A DNA stretch of 57,665 nt from a virus. Taxonomy: Duplodnaviria; Caudoviricetes. Below are positions 44,309 through 54,838 of this stretch, piece after piece. Every line of letters begins with the position of its first letter. Positions within the stretch are counted from its first letter, which is position 1. The notes under the pieces are model-generated. The model made no database searches, was not told the DNA's origin, and worked only from the letters and a program-made list of their open reading frames with translations. The position numbers were made by a program, and so were the translations under genes. The DNA lies in the IMG/VR virus record IMGVR_UViG_3300008113_000328, positions 1-57,665 of that record, one strand, 5' to 3'.

Positions 44309-45052
44309 ATGAAGAATAAAGTTTCTGCCGATAAAGTATATCGACTACTAAATGGAAGTCCGCTTTCTTACACGTTGATATCAAGAAATAACCCTCGGTT
44401 TCCACTGATGTGGTTTGATGAGGAAAAAAACATTAATCGAGTTCTTAGATACGCATCCAATCAAAAGTCTCCATTTGAAGACGAACAAGATGGAAATGTT
44501 ATTTTAGAACCAATAGTTTTTGAAGACGGGATGCTATCTGTTCCAAGAACAAATCCCGTACTACAAGCATTTTTACATTATCATCCCCATAACGGAACCG
44601 TTTTCGTTGAAGTTGATAAAGAGAAAGATGCTATGGCTGAAGTAGAGGATTTGAATATAGAGGTGGATGCATTGATTCAGGCTCGTCAATTGACAATAGA
44701 GCAAATTGAAATGCTTACTCGTGTGTTCTTTGGTAAAGACCCATCGACAGTATCAACAGCTGAATTGAAGAGAGACCTTTTGATTTTTGCAAAAAGGTAT
44801 CCTCAGTCATTCTTAGATACATTGAATGACCCCGAACTTCAATTCCAATCGAAAGTGCGATTGTTCTTTGAGAGCAGCCTGTTGACTCTTAGAAATGGAG
44901 GCAAGGAGATATGGTTTAATACTGCCACTAACAAAAAGAAGATGTGCTCTGTTCCATACGGACAAGAACCATATGAGACGGCAGAGGCATTCTTGAAAAG
45001 TGACGATGGTCTTGATGCGCTTAAAATGCTAGAGACTATGATTGAGAAATAA
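44309..45052 (+). CDS. Hypothetical protein of the structural module
   Basis: 247-aa ATG ORF. Confidence 0.7.
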   Translation: MKNKVSADKVYRLLNGSPLSYTLISRNNPRFPLMWFDEEKNINRVLRYASNQKSPFEDEQDGNVILEPIVFEDGMLSVPRTNPVLQAFLHYHPHNGTVFVEVDKEKDAMAEVEDLNIEVDALIQARQLTIEQIEMLTRVFFGKDPSTVSTAELKRDLLIFAKRYPQSFLDTLNDPELQFQSKVRLFFESSLLTLRNGGKEIWFNTATNKKKMCSVPYGQEPYETAEAFLKSDDGLDALKMLETMIEK

Positions 45053-45099
45053 GGTTTGGATGTGTTATAGTTATTGTGATTAGATGATTAGTTTACTGA

Positions 45100-45132
45100 T
45101 GAGGGAGGGGCTTAGTGCCCCTCTCTTTTTTT
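45100..45132 (+). terminator. Intrinsic terminator
   Basis: GAGGGAGGGGC-TTAGT-GCCCCTCTC-like hairpin followed by a T-run. Confidence 0.6.
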
Positions 45133-45155
45133 AGTATATTTGTAAAAAAGAAGGG

Positions 45156-46109
45156 ATGATAAACTCAGTCAGAAACACAGTCTTATCCGTGCTCAACAAA
45201 AACAACTACGGATATATCTCTCCCTCAGACTTTAACCTATATGCCAAGCAGGCGCAGATGGAGCTGTTTGAGGATTACTTTAGTGACTACAACAAGTCTG
45301 TTGTATATGAAAACCAACGAGTTTCAGGCACTGACTATGCTGATGTCAAGAAAGCAATCACGGAGCTATTAGAGCTTTTCTTGTCTAATAACTTTTTGCA
45401 TCCCGTTATTTCTTCAGCAGGCACACTTACAAATAGGTTCTTTATGCCATCAGATATAACTACAGGTGATAGAGCTTATATGCTTAGCAGAATTATTTAT
45501 TATAATCAGCTGAAGAGTCAAGGCTCTAACACTTTAGTTGTTCCGTTTCAACTTGAAGACTCGGGTGCTTTATTCGTCACTAATGGTGTTGTGGCGGGAG
45601 ATATCGTTACAAATAATGTAAACTTTTTAAGTGCCACCGTATTAGCAGTCATAGGTCAAACTCAGCTGCTATTAGACACTGATATATTTACAGCCACTCC
45701 TGTTACTTACAGTATATTTTCTTCAGTAAGTTTATCGGAAGCAGAGCCTGTAACAGACGGTAAGATAACAGCATTGAGTATATCTCCATTGACTGCTCCG
45801 TCTACAATGTTTCCTGCGTATACATTGAATAGTGAATTTATGGCTACGTATCCATCTATTCTCACGGGATACGGTTCAGTTCGTGCTTCATACTTTAGAT
45901 ATCCTAGAGACCCAAAGTGGACGTTTATTACCTTGGTTAATGGCGAACCTGCCTTTGACCAAACTCAACCTGACTATCAAGACTTTGAACTTCCGCTTGA
46001 GGATGAATATAAACTCGTTATGAAAATCCTTCAGTACTGTGGGATATCTATACGTGAAACTCAAGTTGTTCAATACGCTATGAATCAGGAGCAACAGGCG
46101 AACGCATAA
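45156..46109 (+). CDS. Tail adaptor/ring protein
   Basis: MINSVRNTVLSVLNKNNYGYISPSDFN; position after the capsid module. Confidence 0.6.
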   Translation: MINSVRNTVLSVLNKNNYGYISPSDFNLYAKQAQMELFEDYFSDYNKSVVYENQRVSGTDYADVKKAITELLELFLSNNFLHPVISSAGTLTNRFFMPSDITTGDRAYMLSRIIYYNQLKSQGSNTLVVPFQLEDSGALFVTNGVVAGDIVTNNVNFLSATVLAVIGQTQLLLDTDIFTATPVTYSIFSSVSLSEAEPVTDGKITALSISPLTAPSTMFPAYTLNSEFMATYPSILTGYGSVRASYFRYPRDPKWTFITLVNGEPAFDQTQPDYQDFELPLEDEYKLVMKILQYCGISIRETQVVQYAMNQEQQANA

Positions 46110-46134
46110 TTAATCGTGAACAAATAACTTTCTA

Positions 46135-47058
46135 ATGGCCTATATATCTCAATATCAATACTATGCCAATAATGGCAACGTGCCCGAGGATGCCAATTGG
46201 GGCAGCTATCAGTATGTTAGTCTTCAAGACATTGTGACTAACTTCATATTGATGTACTCAGGGAACCATTCTCTTGTAAATAATGAGGAGCGGTATAAGA
46301 TTTTGTTCCACGCTAAGAGAGCAATACAGGAGCTAAACTACGATGCGTTCAAAGAGATTAAGGTATTAGAACTAACTGTTGCTGAGAATTTAAAGTTTGT
46401 GCTTCCATCTGACTATGTGAATTGGGTTCGCATATCTCTTTATAAAAATGGATATCTACGTCCATTGAGTGAGAATATACAGGCGTTGTCATCAGATGCT
46501 TATCTTCAGGATAACAATGGTAAGATTCTATTTGACATCAATGGAAACATTTTGAAACCCGCAGATTCAATGATTGATTATGATAGACTTCACAAGTTAA
46601 AGAAGAGTATCTACCTCAATCAAGGTAATCAATTTCACGGTCAGATGGGATGGTGTGTAGATGGGAATTGGTACTTTGATTACGCTATTGGTGCTGCATT
46701 TGGCTTGAACACAGAGACAGCAAACTTCAATCCTACATTCAACATAGATAAAAAAGCAGGTGTTATAAACTTTGACTCAAGTATGGTCAATGAGTTATGC
46801 ATCCTTGAGTATGTGTCTGATGGTATGGAGAATGGAGATAACTCGTTAATTACAGTCAATAAATTGTTTGAGCAGTATATCTATGCTGCCATTAAATATG
46901 AGATTCTAAACTCTAAATTTGGTGTTCAAGAATATGTAGTGGCACGTGCTCGTAAAGAGAAAGCGGCACTGCTTCGCAATGCTAAGATTAGAATAAGCAA
47001 TATCCACCCCGGACGATTGCTGATGAACTTACGTGGTATGGATAAGACAATCAAATAA
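46135..47058 (+). CDS. Tail adaptor/ring protein 2
   Basis: FHAKRAIQELNYD..LPSDYVNWVRIS; position in the tail module. Confidence 0.6.
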   Translation: MAYISQYQYYANNGNVPEDANWGSYQYVSLQDIVTNFILMYSGNHSLVNNEERYKILFHAKRAIQELNYDAFKEIKVLELTVAENLKFVLPSDYVNWVRISLYKNGYLRPLSENIQALSSDAYLQDNNGKILFDINGNILKPADSMIDYDRLHKLKKSIYLNQGNQFHGQMGWCVDGNWYFDYAIGAAFGLNTETANFNPTFNIDKKAGVINFDSSMVNELCILEYVSDGMENGDNSLITVNKLFEQYIYAAIKYEILNSKFGVQEYVVARARKEKAALLRNAKIRISNIHPGRLLMNLRGMDKTIK

Positions 47059-47059
47059 T

Positions 47060-50000
47060 ATGGCAAACATTACGAGGAATTTCATAAGAGGTAGAATGAA
47101 TAAGGTCGTTGATGAACGACTTGTTCCTGACGGAGAATACATAGATGCTATGAATATCCGAATGGGTTCTACTGAAAATTCCGAGATAGGAGTAATAGAG
47201 AACACAAAAGGAAATGAACCCCTTACTGCTCTCTCATATACTGATGGAACTCCATTAAGTACTGAGGCCGTGTGCATAGGTGCTATTGATGATAGTGCTA
47301 ATGAAACTATTTATTGGTTTGTTCACGACCCTAACTTTTCTATTGGAGCAACAGGAAAGCTTGACTTGATTGTATCATTCAACGTGCTGACAAACATACT
47401 TACGTATCACGTGATTAGTATTGATGATGGCACAGGTGTCAACACTACTCTGAACTTTAATCCAAGCTACCTGATAACAGGCGTTGACATAGTTTCAAAT
47501 CTTTTATTTTTTACTGATAACTATAACGCTCCGCGCTTTATCAATATAAAGAAAGGATACGCTAATCCGAACGCACTCAATATTGACTTTAACGGTTTAC
47601 CATCTCAGTTAGCTGAGGCCATTCTTGTTATAAAGCAACCACCTATAGAGTCGCCTACCATACAGCCAATTGTTACAGGGGGTCAGAACAACTATCTTGA
47701 AACTCGATTTATTTGTTTTGCTTATCGCTATCGTTATGCTGATGGCGAATATTCAGCAACATCTCAATGGTCTGAACCCGCCTTTATACCTAATAGCTTT
47801 GCATTTGATTTGACAAGTTACTTGAATATTGGTATGACCAATTCTTGTAACGCAGCAAACATTACTTACTATACGGGAGGTCCGCTTGTTGTTGGCATAG
47901 ACTTGTTGTTTAAACAAGCTGATAATAATATCATTAAAGTTATTGAGAAACTTGATAAGTCCGAGTTAGGTATTCCTGACTTCTCTTATCAATCATTTAC
48001 ATTTGACAACAGTAAGATATTTACGGTACTGCCTGAAACTGAGATACTACGTCTTTACGATAATGTACCGCGATTTGCCAAAGCGCAAACCATTATGGGC
48101 AATAGGCTTATGTATGGTAACTATATTGAGGGATATGACCTTATTGATTTATATGGCAATCCAACTCGATTAGAATATCAAACTCAATTGGTAACTCAGA
48201 CGGTTGGTAATTCAGACATACCCGATGGGACGCTAAGCGGTTCATATTTAATAGACACTCCAACAACTGTAGCAAATTCAATTGTAACAATTGATTTGAC
48301 AGGATTAGACCTTACAGTTGGTTCTTCAATCAGCTTAGATGTAACAATCCTGCATAATTCTTTTAGTGGTCAAGCACCTTTCCCAACTGCAACAACTGCT
48401 GAAACTTCATTTGTTTTTTCATTTATATTACCAACATCATATACATCCGTATATGAAATGGCTACAAGTATAGAGTTTCAAGATATAGTTGGAACAGCTG
48501 CTAACATTAAACCTGTATATAGTGCTGTTGTTGGAGCTGAAACATCTTGTGATGGAACCACATTTACAGACCAAGTTAACTGTAATATCCCAAACACATT
48601 AGCAACTCCTAATGCCGTAAGCAGTGTAACAAAATTTGCAAGCGGAATAGCTGCCGTTAATGAACCAATAAAGATTTTAACATCACCAAGTAGCAACTTA
48701 ATTGGACTTCAATTTATTGCTATGCAATACGTTGATAATGTTACCGCTCCAACTCAGACTGTTTACGAATACTATAAAGTAACTTTCGCTGAAGCGGTTT
48801 ATCAAAAAATTGCATCCCCAAGAAGTCTTCATAGTAATCGTGGTTATGAGATAGGTATTGTTTATATGGATGAGTTTAATCGAGCGACAACAGCATTGGT
48901 TAGTCCATACAATACTGAGCACGTCCCTTGTGGATATTCAGCAAGTCAAAACTCTATATCTGTAAATATACCTATATCGCAACGCGCTCCCGCTTGGGCT
49001 AAACGATATAAGTTTGTTTGCAAGGCTGATGCAGAAGGATACGAGACAATATATACCAATTTGTTTTTTACGGACCCCAATACTAATGAGACATACTTCC
49101 TTCTTGAGGGAGAAAACACGAGAAAGGTAGAGCCGGGAGATAGACTTATTGTGAAAAGAGACACGGGAGGTCCAACTCAAAATTGTATATATGCTACTGT
49201 TCTTGAAAAAGAAGCAAAGTCAGCAAATTTTATTTCGGGAGTAGCTGCCCCCGCGGGAGTTTATATGAAGATAAATCCCAATGCATTTCAAGTTACTCAA
49301 AGCGAAAACGCAGTTATAACTTATGGTAGTCTAACTCAGGATGAAAATGACTCAGGAGAATATCCTCGACTATATTATCCAATGAATATTCCCGACCCAT
49401 CAACCGCGGGGATGTATATAGATTACACAGTTCCCGCAGGCAGTAGAGTCGAAATAAACATAAGATGGCAGCGATTAGGCCCGGGAGATGGAAATAGAAA
49501 ATGTGAGAGAAGGATTTATAATCTAAACGTAACACTCACTTCTTCTGCAAGCTATGACAATATGTATGATTGGTTTGTTGGTGAAAATGTTCAACTTGTT
49601 TTGAATGATGGAACCTATGAAGTTGGAGATGGTCAATGCGTTCCAACAAATGTATTTATATCCGGCATAGCTACTTCTCCGCCTAGCTTTGGAGATTTAT
49701 GTACAAACTTTCTTCAATTTGCTAGGAATACATCAAGCAATCAATTAGCACTTGTTATATCGGGAACCGTAAGATGCAATGGAGGTACAAGTCAGGATAA
49801 GCGCAGGTCTTCTGTTACTGCTGAGATTATTGTATACCGAGCAGATAACACCTTAATATTTGAGACTGAGCCACTCGATACATTACCTGATGTGTTTTTT
49901 GAAAATGATTTATCGTTCTCAATTGACTCACAAGGAAACCATCTTGGTAATGTAGCAGCAGGTGATATTGACCAAGACATAGCGGGAGGAATCGCAGGAT

Positions 50001-52615
50001 ATATACAGACAGGATTCTTTAATTGTTTTTGTTTTGGCAATGGAGCAGAGTCATATAAGATTCGTGATTCAATAATTGGAAGAACTTTTAACTTAGGTAA
50101 TCGAGTGACCTCTGTATCTGCTCAGGATTACAAAGAAGCAAGTCGATTCGCTGATATTACATATAGCGGTGTATATAACCAAGAGACCAATGTAAATAAA
50201 CTTAATGAGTTTAACTTGGGCTTGGTTAACTTTAAAAACTTAGAGACATCGTTTGGCCCTATTCAAAAAATGGATGGTAGGGAAACAGATATACTTGTTC
50301 TTCAAGAGGACAAAATATCATACGTATTAGCAGACAAAAACTTATTGTCTGATTCTACGGGAGGTGGTACAATTTCTTCTGTGCCTGAAGTTCTTGGGAC
50401 TCAGATTGCTCGTATTGATAAGTATGGTATTAGTTCTAATCCCGAGAGTTACATTCAATGGGGGTATGATAAATATTTTACGGATATAAAAAGAGGAGCT
50501 GTGCTTATGTTAAGAGGAAACTCTCCATCAGAACAGCTAACCGTAATATCTGAATCTAATATGAGAACGTGGTTTAGGGACACGTTTATTACCCATCCAA
50601 ACAATCAAATGCTTGGAGCCTTTGACCCATATATGAACGAATACGTTTTATGTGTAACAGATAGAGAACTTCCAAGTAATCCCGAGTGTCTCGCTTGTGG
50701 CATCACTCAAGCATTTACATTAATAGGTGAGTCCGTTGGGAATACAGTTAATTACTGTGTAGAACTTGGAGCACTCGTAGGAGATGTTGCTTTTTCTTGG
50801 ATAGTGTCCTCTGTTAGTCCCGGTTCTTTATTCAGCATACAGGTTACTTATAATGGCAATACCTACTCTTCAGGTCTTACATCGGTAGACGGTCAAATTG
50901 ACTTCTTTAAAGGATTAATTAATGTTCAGACCGCTGAAATTACAATCACCTATTTAGGTGACATTGTTTTAAATGTAACGGCTCAATGTCCGCAAGCTGT
51001 AGAATTAAACATTGTTGAAGTTGTTTTAACAAGTGATGTTGATTCAGGGAAAAGTATTCACACCCAATATAGATATACTCAAGGACCATTTATAGGACCG
51101 CTTCAATCAAACTCTGTTTTGTTTCAAAGCAGTCCAATCAATCCAATTGTTTCAAGATACAATATAACAACAGGCTATGTTGGAACAGGTTCGTTTCCTC
51201 CTGAATTAAGCACATTTACTATTCAAACTAATCAGATTTCACCTGACAACTATGTGTTTAATCCGACATCAGACAACTTTAAATATCTAAGAAGCAACGT
51301 ATACTATGCAAATACCCCTTCTCAGATAAATGCATTGATTGCCGCATCTTCATACGCAACGCCTATAACAGGTGGACCTATTATTTATACTGCTGACTTT
51401 ATAGTTCCTTCATCTTCATTAGGTAACTATTTATATTTGATTTGGGACCTTAGACAATCAATAGCTAAAGAGTTGTGTTATACAGATGATAGTGCTGAAG
51501 TACCTACTATATTGTGTTGCGAGTGTGCTCCTTGCGATGAGAATTGTGTTAGTTTGGTTTTCACAAACGAGTCATCGGAGAATGAGGCTCAGATATACTT
51601 ACCATTAGGATTATGCGCTCAAAAAATACCTGTTACAATAACATTAGACCCATCTGAAACTACTGCGCCAATATGTATAGACAATGCTCAGTATCAGATT
51701 TCATTTGGAAGTGTAAGTGTAGATATTATCGAATGTGGATGTGTGCCGTGCACAGAGAATTGTACAGAGTATGCCATATATACACAAGAAGAGGATTCAA
51801 AAATTGGTTACACGGACTGTGATGGTAATCCTGTTACAAACTATACCATTCTTTCAGAAAGCATTACATTGATTTGTGTTGAGACAGGCTCTGCACCGCC
51901 AATATTTGAAACAGGAAGTGGTATTATTCAAGCTACAAACAGCTGTGGCTGTTGCGCTACCCCTAATCCTTGCATAACCTTTTTGATAACTGATTTGACA
52001 GGAGAAGGGTATGCATTCACTTACAATGATTGTAGTAATGATGTTCAGTCTGTAACGCTTGGCCCAAATGAATCAATAGAGATATGCGGACTTGCTTCTA
52101 ATTTATTTGACGGTCAAACACCATTTGATTATACAGAAGCATCAATATCTATTTCGGATACTTGTGCCTGTTTAGTTCCTTGCCCTGAGACTTGTCAGAG
52201 CTACACAGTTGTTTGCGAAGGAACTGTTTGCAATGGAGCATCAGGAAATTATATTGATTGCAATGGAGACCCACAAACATTTACAATAAACAAAGGTCAA
52301 TCATTAACTCTTTGCTGCCCTATAGGAAATGCTCCAACTATTACCCCGGAAGGTAGTGTCTATATAGCATCAACTTGTGGATGTTGTACTCCTACTTGTC
52401 AAACTTATAAAGTAACTTTTGCAGGAACAACAGCTCAAGATTATAGCATAGCATATAGAGATTGCAGTAATACGTTTACAGTAGACAACTATCCTGCGGG
52501 AGCACAAGTTATTTATGTATGCTCTTATGTTAACACTGTCCCCGGAATTAGTGGAAGTCTTGACATTATTGATTGGACTGTTGAATTAACTGACGGCTGC
52601 GGCTGTGGATTTTAA
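47060..52615 (+). CDS. Tail nozzle/stabilization protein with a Cys-rich C-terminal extension
   Basis: MANITRNFIRGRMNKVVDERLVPDGEYIDAMN start; beta-propeller-like body; C-terminal YxDC repeats. Confidence 0.7.
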   Translation: MANITRNFIRGRMNKVVDERLVPDGEYIDAMNIRMGSTENSEIGVIENTKGNEPLTALSYTDGTPLSTEAVCIGAIDDSANETIYWFVHDPNFSIGATGKLDLIVSFNVLTNILTYHVISIDDGTGVNTTLNFNPSYLITGVDIVSNLLFFTDNYNAPRFINIKKGYANPNALNIDFNGLPSQLAEAILVIKQPPIESPTIQPIVTGGQNNYLETRFICFAYRYRYADGEYSATSQWSEPAFIPNSFAFDLTSYLNIGMTNSCNAANITYYTGGPLVVGIDLLFKQADNNIIKVIEKLDKSELGIPDFSYQSFTFDNSKIFTVLPETEILRLYDNVPRFAKAQTIMGNRLMYGNYIEGYDLIDLYGNPTRLEYQTQLVTQTVGNSDIPDGTLSGSYLIDTPTTVANSIVTIDLTGLDLTVGSSISLDVTILHNSFSGQAPFPTATTAETSFVFSFILPTSYTSVYEMATSIEFQDIVGTAANIKPVYSAVVGAETSCDGTTFTDQVNCNIPNTLATPNAVSSVTKFASGIAAVNEPIKILTSPSSNLIGLQFIAMQYVDNVTAPTQTVYEYYKVTFAEAVYQKIASPRSLHSNRGYEIGIVYMDEFNRATTALVSPYNTEHVPCGYSASQNSISVNIPISQRAPAWAKRYKFVCKADAEGYETIYTNLFFTDPNTNETYFLLEGENTRKVEPGDRLIVKRDTGGPTQNCIYATVLEKEAKSANFISGVAAPAGVYMKINPNAFQVTQSENAVITYGSLTQDENDSGEYPRLYYPMNIPDPSTAGMYIDYTVPAGSRVEINIRWQRLGPGDGNRKCERRIYNLNVTLTSSASYDNMYDWFVGENVQLVLNDGTYEVGDGQCVPTNVFISGIATSPPSFGDLCTNFLQFARNTSSNQLALVISGTVRCNGGTSQDKRRSSVTAEIIVYRADNTLIFETEPLDTLPDVFFENDLSFSIDSQGNHLGNVAAGDIDQDIAGGIAGYIQTGFFNCFCFGNGAESYKIRDSIIGRTFNLGNRVTSVSAQDYKEASRFADITYSGVYNQETNVNKLNEFNLGLVNFKNLETSFGPIQKMDGRETDILVLQEDKISYVLADKNLLSDSTGGGTISSVPEVLGTQIARIDKYGISSNPESYIQWGYDKYFTDIKRGAVLMLRGNSPSEQLTVISESNMRTWFRDTFITHPNNQMLGAFDPYMNEYVLCVTDRELPSNPECLACGITQAFTLIGESVGNTVNYCVELGALVGDVAFSWIVSSVSPGSLFSIQVTYNGNTYSSGLTSVDGQIDFFKGLINVQTAEITITYLGDIVLNVTAQCPQAVELNIVEVVLTSDVDSGKSIHTQYRYTQGPFIGPLQSNSVLFQSSPINPIVSRYNITTGYVGTGSFPPELSTFTIQTNQISPDNYVFNPTSDNFKYLRSNVYYANTPSQINALIAASSYATPITGGPIIYTADFIVPSSSLGNYLYLIWDLRQSIAKELCYTDDSAEVPTILCCECAPCDENCVSLVFTNESSENEAQIYLPLGLCAQKIPVTITLDPSETTAPICIDNAQYQISFGSVSVDIIECGCVPCTENCTEYAIYTQEEDSKIGYTDCDGNPVTNYTILSESITLICVETGSAPPIFETGSGIIQATNSCGCCATPNPCITFLITDLTGEGYAFTYNDCSNDVQSVTLGPNESIEICGLASNLFDGQTPFDYTEASISISDTCACLVPCPETCQSYTVVCEGTVCNGASGNYIDCNGDPQTFTINKGQSLTLCCPIGNAPTITPEGSVYIASTCGCCTPTCQTYKVTFAGTTAQDYSIAYRDCSNTFTVDNYPAGAQVIYVCSYVNTVPGISGSLDIIDWTVELTDGCGCGF

Positions 52616-52628
52616 AACTTAAACGAAT

Positions 52629-53579
52629 ATGCCTACATTTTTTATAAACGGAACAAGTCTATCGAACTCAACTGCTGTGTTCTTAGACTCTGAACAATTA
52701 ATATGCGCTCCTGATGGATACTATTCAGATGGAGTAATTACACGTGAACAAGTTGGATGCGCTTTGCTTCCTCAAAATTCGTGTCCTTCTTGTGAAGTTA
52801 ACTGCCCTGCCTCGGATTTAGCTGTTAGCGCATCACCAAGAGCAGTTTTTTATATGTCTATAAATGTAGGAACAGGGACAGGAGTAGTATTAGTTAGGTT
52901 TAATCCTCGCTATGAGCCTGATGGAATCATTGCTGAATATAATGGCTTTTATTATAATCAGCTTAGCTCACCTGTTTACGGATACTTTGCTGCCCCAAGT
53001 AATCTGCCGGTTTTTGTTGGGAACTCAGGTTTTTGCAGTTGCCCAACTATTGGAACATCGGGATGTACATATTCATTGGCAAAACGTGAATGGAATGGGA
53101 CTACATTTGTGACTGTCCCCGGTATTGAAACAATAAATGTTGTTAGTACACAGGTATCAAATGCAGCAGGCCCTGTGGGATTTTGTGTAATGGTTATTCC
53201 TAAGACTATACCATCTGTAACAACAGTAAATATACGCGCATATATTACGTGTCCGGGTAGTCTTTTTGATATATCTGTAGGATGCGTTCAGCCGCTTCAG
53301 ACATTTCAAGCGTCCGACAGAGTGTTTTCGCCTTTACAACCGGGATATTGTGGATTGTCTCCATTTACAAATACTTTTTATGTAGCAAAGGTTGCCCTTA
53401 ATCCACCCTTTCCATATATTGCCGAGAATGATTGGGTATTTCAAGATATGAATGGAGAAGTTAAACTTGCAGATGGGTATTATAGAACAAATAATATCGT
53501 ATCTACTCCTCTTTTTCCAAAAGATACTATATATGTACAGAATGGAGTTGTTGTAGCCATTACACAAGAGTGTCCATAA
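52629..53579 (+). CDS. Cys-containing tail-associated protein
   Basis: APDGYYSDG / LADGYY motifs; beta-rich. Confidence 0.55.
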   Translation: MPTFFINGTSLSNSTAVFLDSEQLICAPDGYYSDGVITREQVGCALLPQNSCPSCEVNCPASDLAVSASPRAVFYMSINVGTGTGVVLVRFNPRYEPDGIIAEYNGFYYNQLSSPVYGYFAAPSNLPVFVGNSGFCSCPTIGTSGCTYSLAKREWNGTTFVTVPGIETINVVSTQVSNAAGPVGFCVMVIPKTIPSVTTVNIRAYITCPGSLFDISVGCVQPLQTFQASDRVFSPLQPGYCGLSPFTNTFYVAKVALNPPFPYIAENDWVFQDMNGEVKLADGYYRTNNIVSTPLFPKDTIYVQNGVVVAITQECP

Positions 53580-53580
53580 T

Positions 53581-54402
53581 ATGAGTTATACACTAACATA
53601 TGACCAAGGAGTAGACGGATGGGTGTCCTTCTACTCTTACTATCCCGATTGGATGATTGGGATGAACAACTACTTCTATACCTTTAAGGGTGGTGACCTA
53701 TACCGTCATAACGTCAACCCTCTTCGTAATACTTTCTATGAGCAGTGGTGGACCAAGGTGGGAACACCTGCTGAAGCATTCAAGCCAAGCACACTTCAGA
53801 GCGTGTTCAATGTGTCTCCGCTTGAGAACAAACTATTTAAGACTATAAACTTAGAAGGAGATGCGTCTTGGGATGTTCAGCTAAGTACTGACTTACAGAA
53901 CTCAGGATTTATCAATAGTTCTTGGTTTGAAAAAAAGGAAGCATCTTGGTATGCGTTTGTTCGCAATTCGGGAACTATTCCTGCTGACCCAAGTGAGTAT
54001 CCACTTAGAAGCCTAAATGGTATTGGTGCTTGCTCAGGTGTCTTAGGTGGTGGTACAACTATTACCTTCTCAATAGTGCCTCTGATATCGTTCAGCAACA
54101 TCAGTATTGGCGACTATATTTATTGGGCTACGCTTCCATCAACTGCACTAACACTTGGCGGACGGGTGACTGCAATCAATACCAACTATCCCGCAGGAAT
54201 AAACGAACTCGTAATAAACATAACCATTCCGGGGACAATACCCGTGTCAGCGGCAGGTGATTACATCCTGTTTATTAAGGGTGCTGTAGCTGAGTCTCAC
54301 GGTGTATTGGGTCACTATTGTGTATTTGATATGCAGAACTCATCAAGCGATAAGGTTGAGTTGTTTGCGGTTGAGAGTGAGGTGATGAAGAGTTTCCCAT
54401 AA
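53581..54402 (+). CDS. Tail protein resembling a nozzle C-terminal segment
   Basis: TLTYDQGVDGWVSFYSYYP..KLFKTINLEG..ELFAVESEVMKS. Confidence 0.55.
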   Translation: MSYTLTYDQGVDGWVSFYSYYPDWMIGMNNYFYTFKGGDLYRHNVNPLRNTFYEQWWTKVGTPAEAFKPSTLQSVFNVSPLENKLFKTINLEGDASWDVQLSTDLQNSGFINSSWFEKKEASWYAFVRNSGTIPADPSEYPLRSLNGIGACSGVLGGGTTITFSIVPLISFSNISIGDYIYWATLPSTALTLGGRVTAINTNYPAGINELVINITIPGTIPVSAAGDYILFIKGAVAESHGVLGHYCVFDMQNSSSDKVELFAVESEVMKSFP

Positions 54403-54423
54403 ATTTAATACCTTTGTGCGTAT

Positions 54424-54837
54424 ATGGATTCTCTAATTGTACGACCACTAAACGAAGATGATTACGAACATATTCTTATGGAATGGTGGAGGCAGTGGGG
54501 ATGGAGAGCACCTATGCGTGATTTTCTCCCTGACAATGGCGCAGGTGGTATAATGATAATGGATGGAGACGTTCCTGTATGCGCAGGATTTATGTACCTA
54601 ACCAATTCAAAAGTAGCTTGGGTAGATTGGATTATATCTAACCGAGAGTACAATGAAAGAGACAAGAGAAAGAAGGCTATTAAGTTGTTGGTCGATTCGT
54701 TGACTAACATATGTAAAAGCTCAGGTGCTAAGTATGCATATGCATTGATTAAAAATGAAAGTTTAATTAAAACATATGAGGACGTTGGATACTTTAAAGG
54801 CGACTCATATTCACACGAAATGATAAAACCATTATAA
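54424..54837 (+). CDS. GNAT-like acetyltransferase (virion assembly)
   Basis: VRPLNEDDY..PVCAGF..AWVDWIIS..; lies between tail and ejection genes as in T7-like gene order. Confidence 0.55.
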   Translation: MDSLIVRPLNEDDYEHILMEWWRQWGWRAPMRDFLPDNGAGGIMIMDGDVPVCAGFMYLTNSKVAWVDWIISNREYNERDKRKKAIKLLVDSLTNICKSSGAKYAYALIKNESLIKTYEDVGYFKGDSYSHEMIKPL

Positions 54838-54838
54838 T

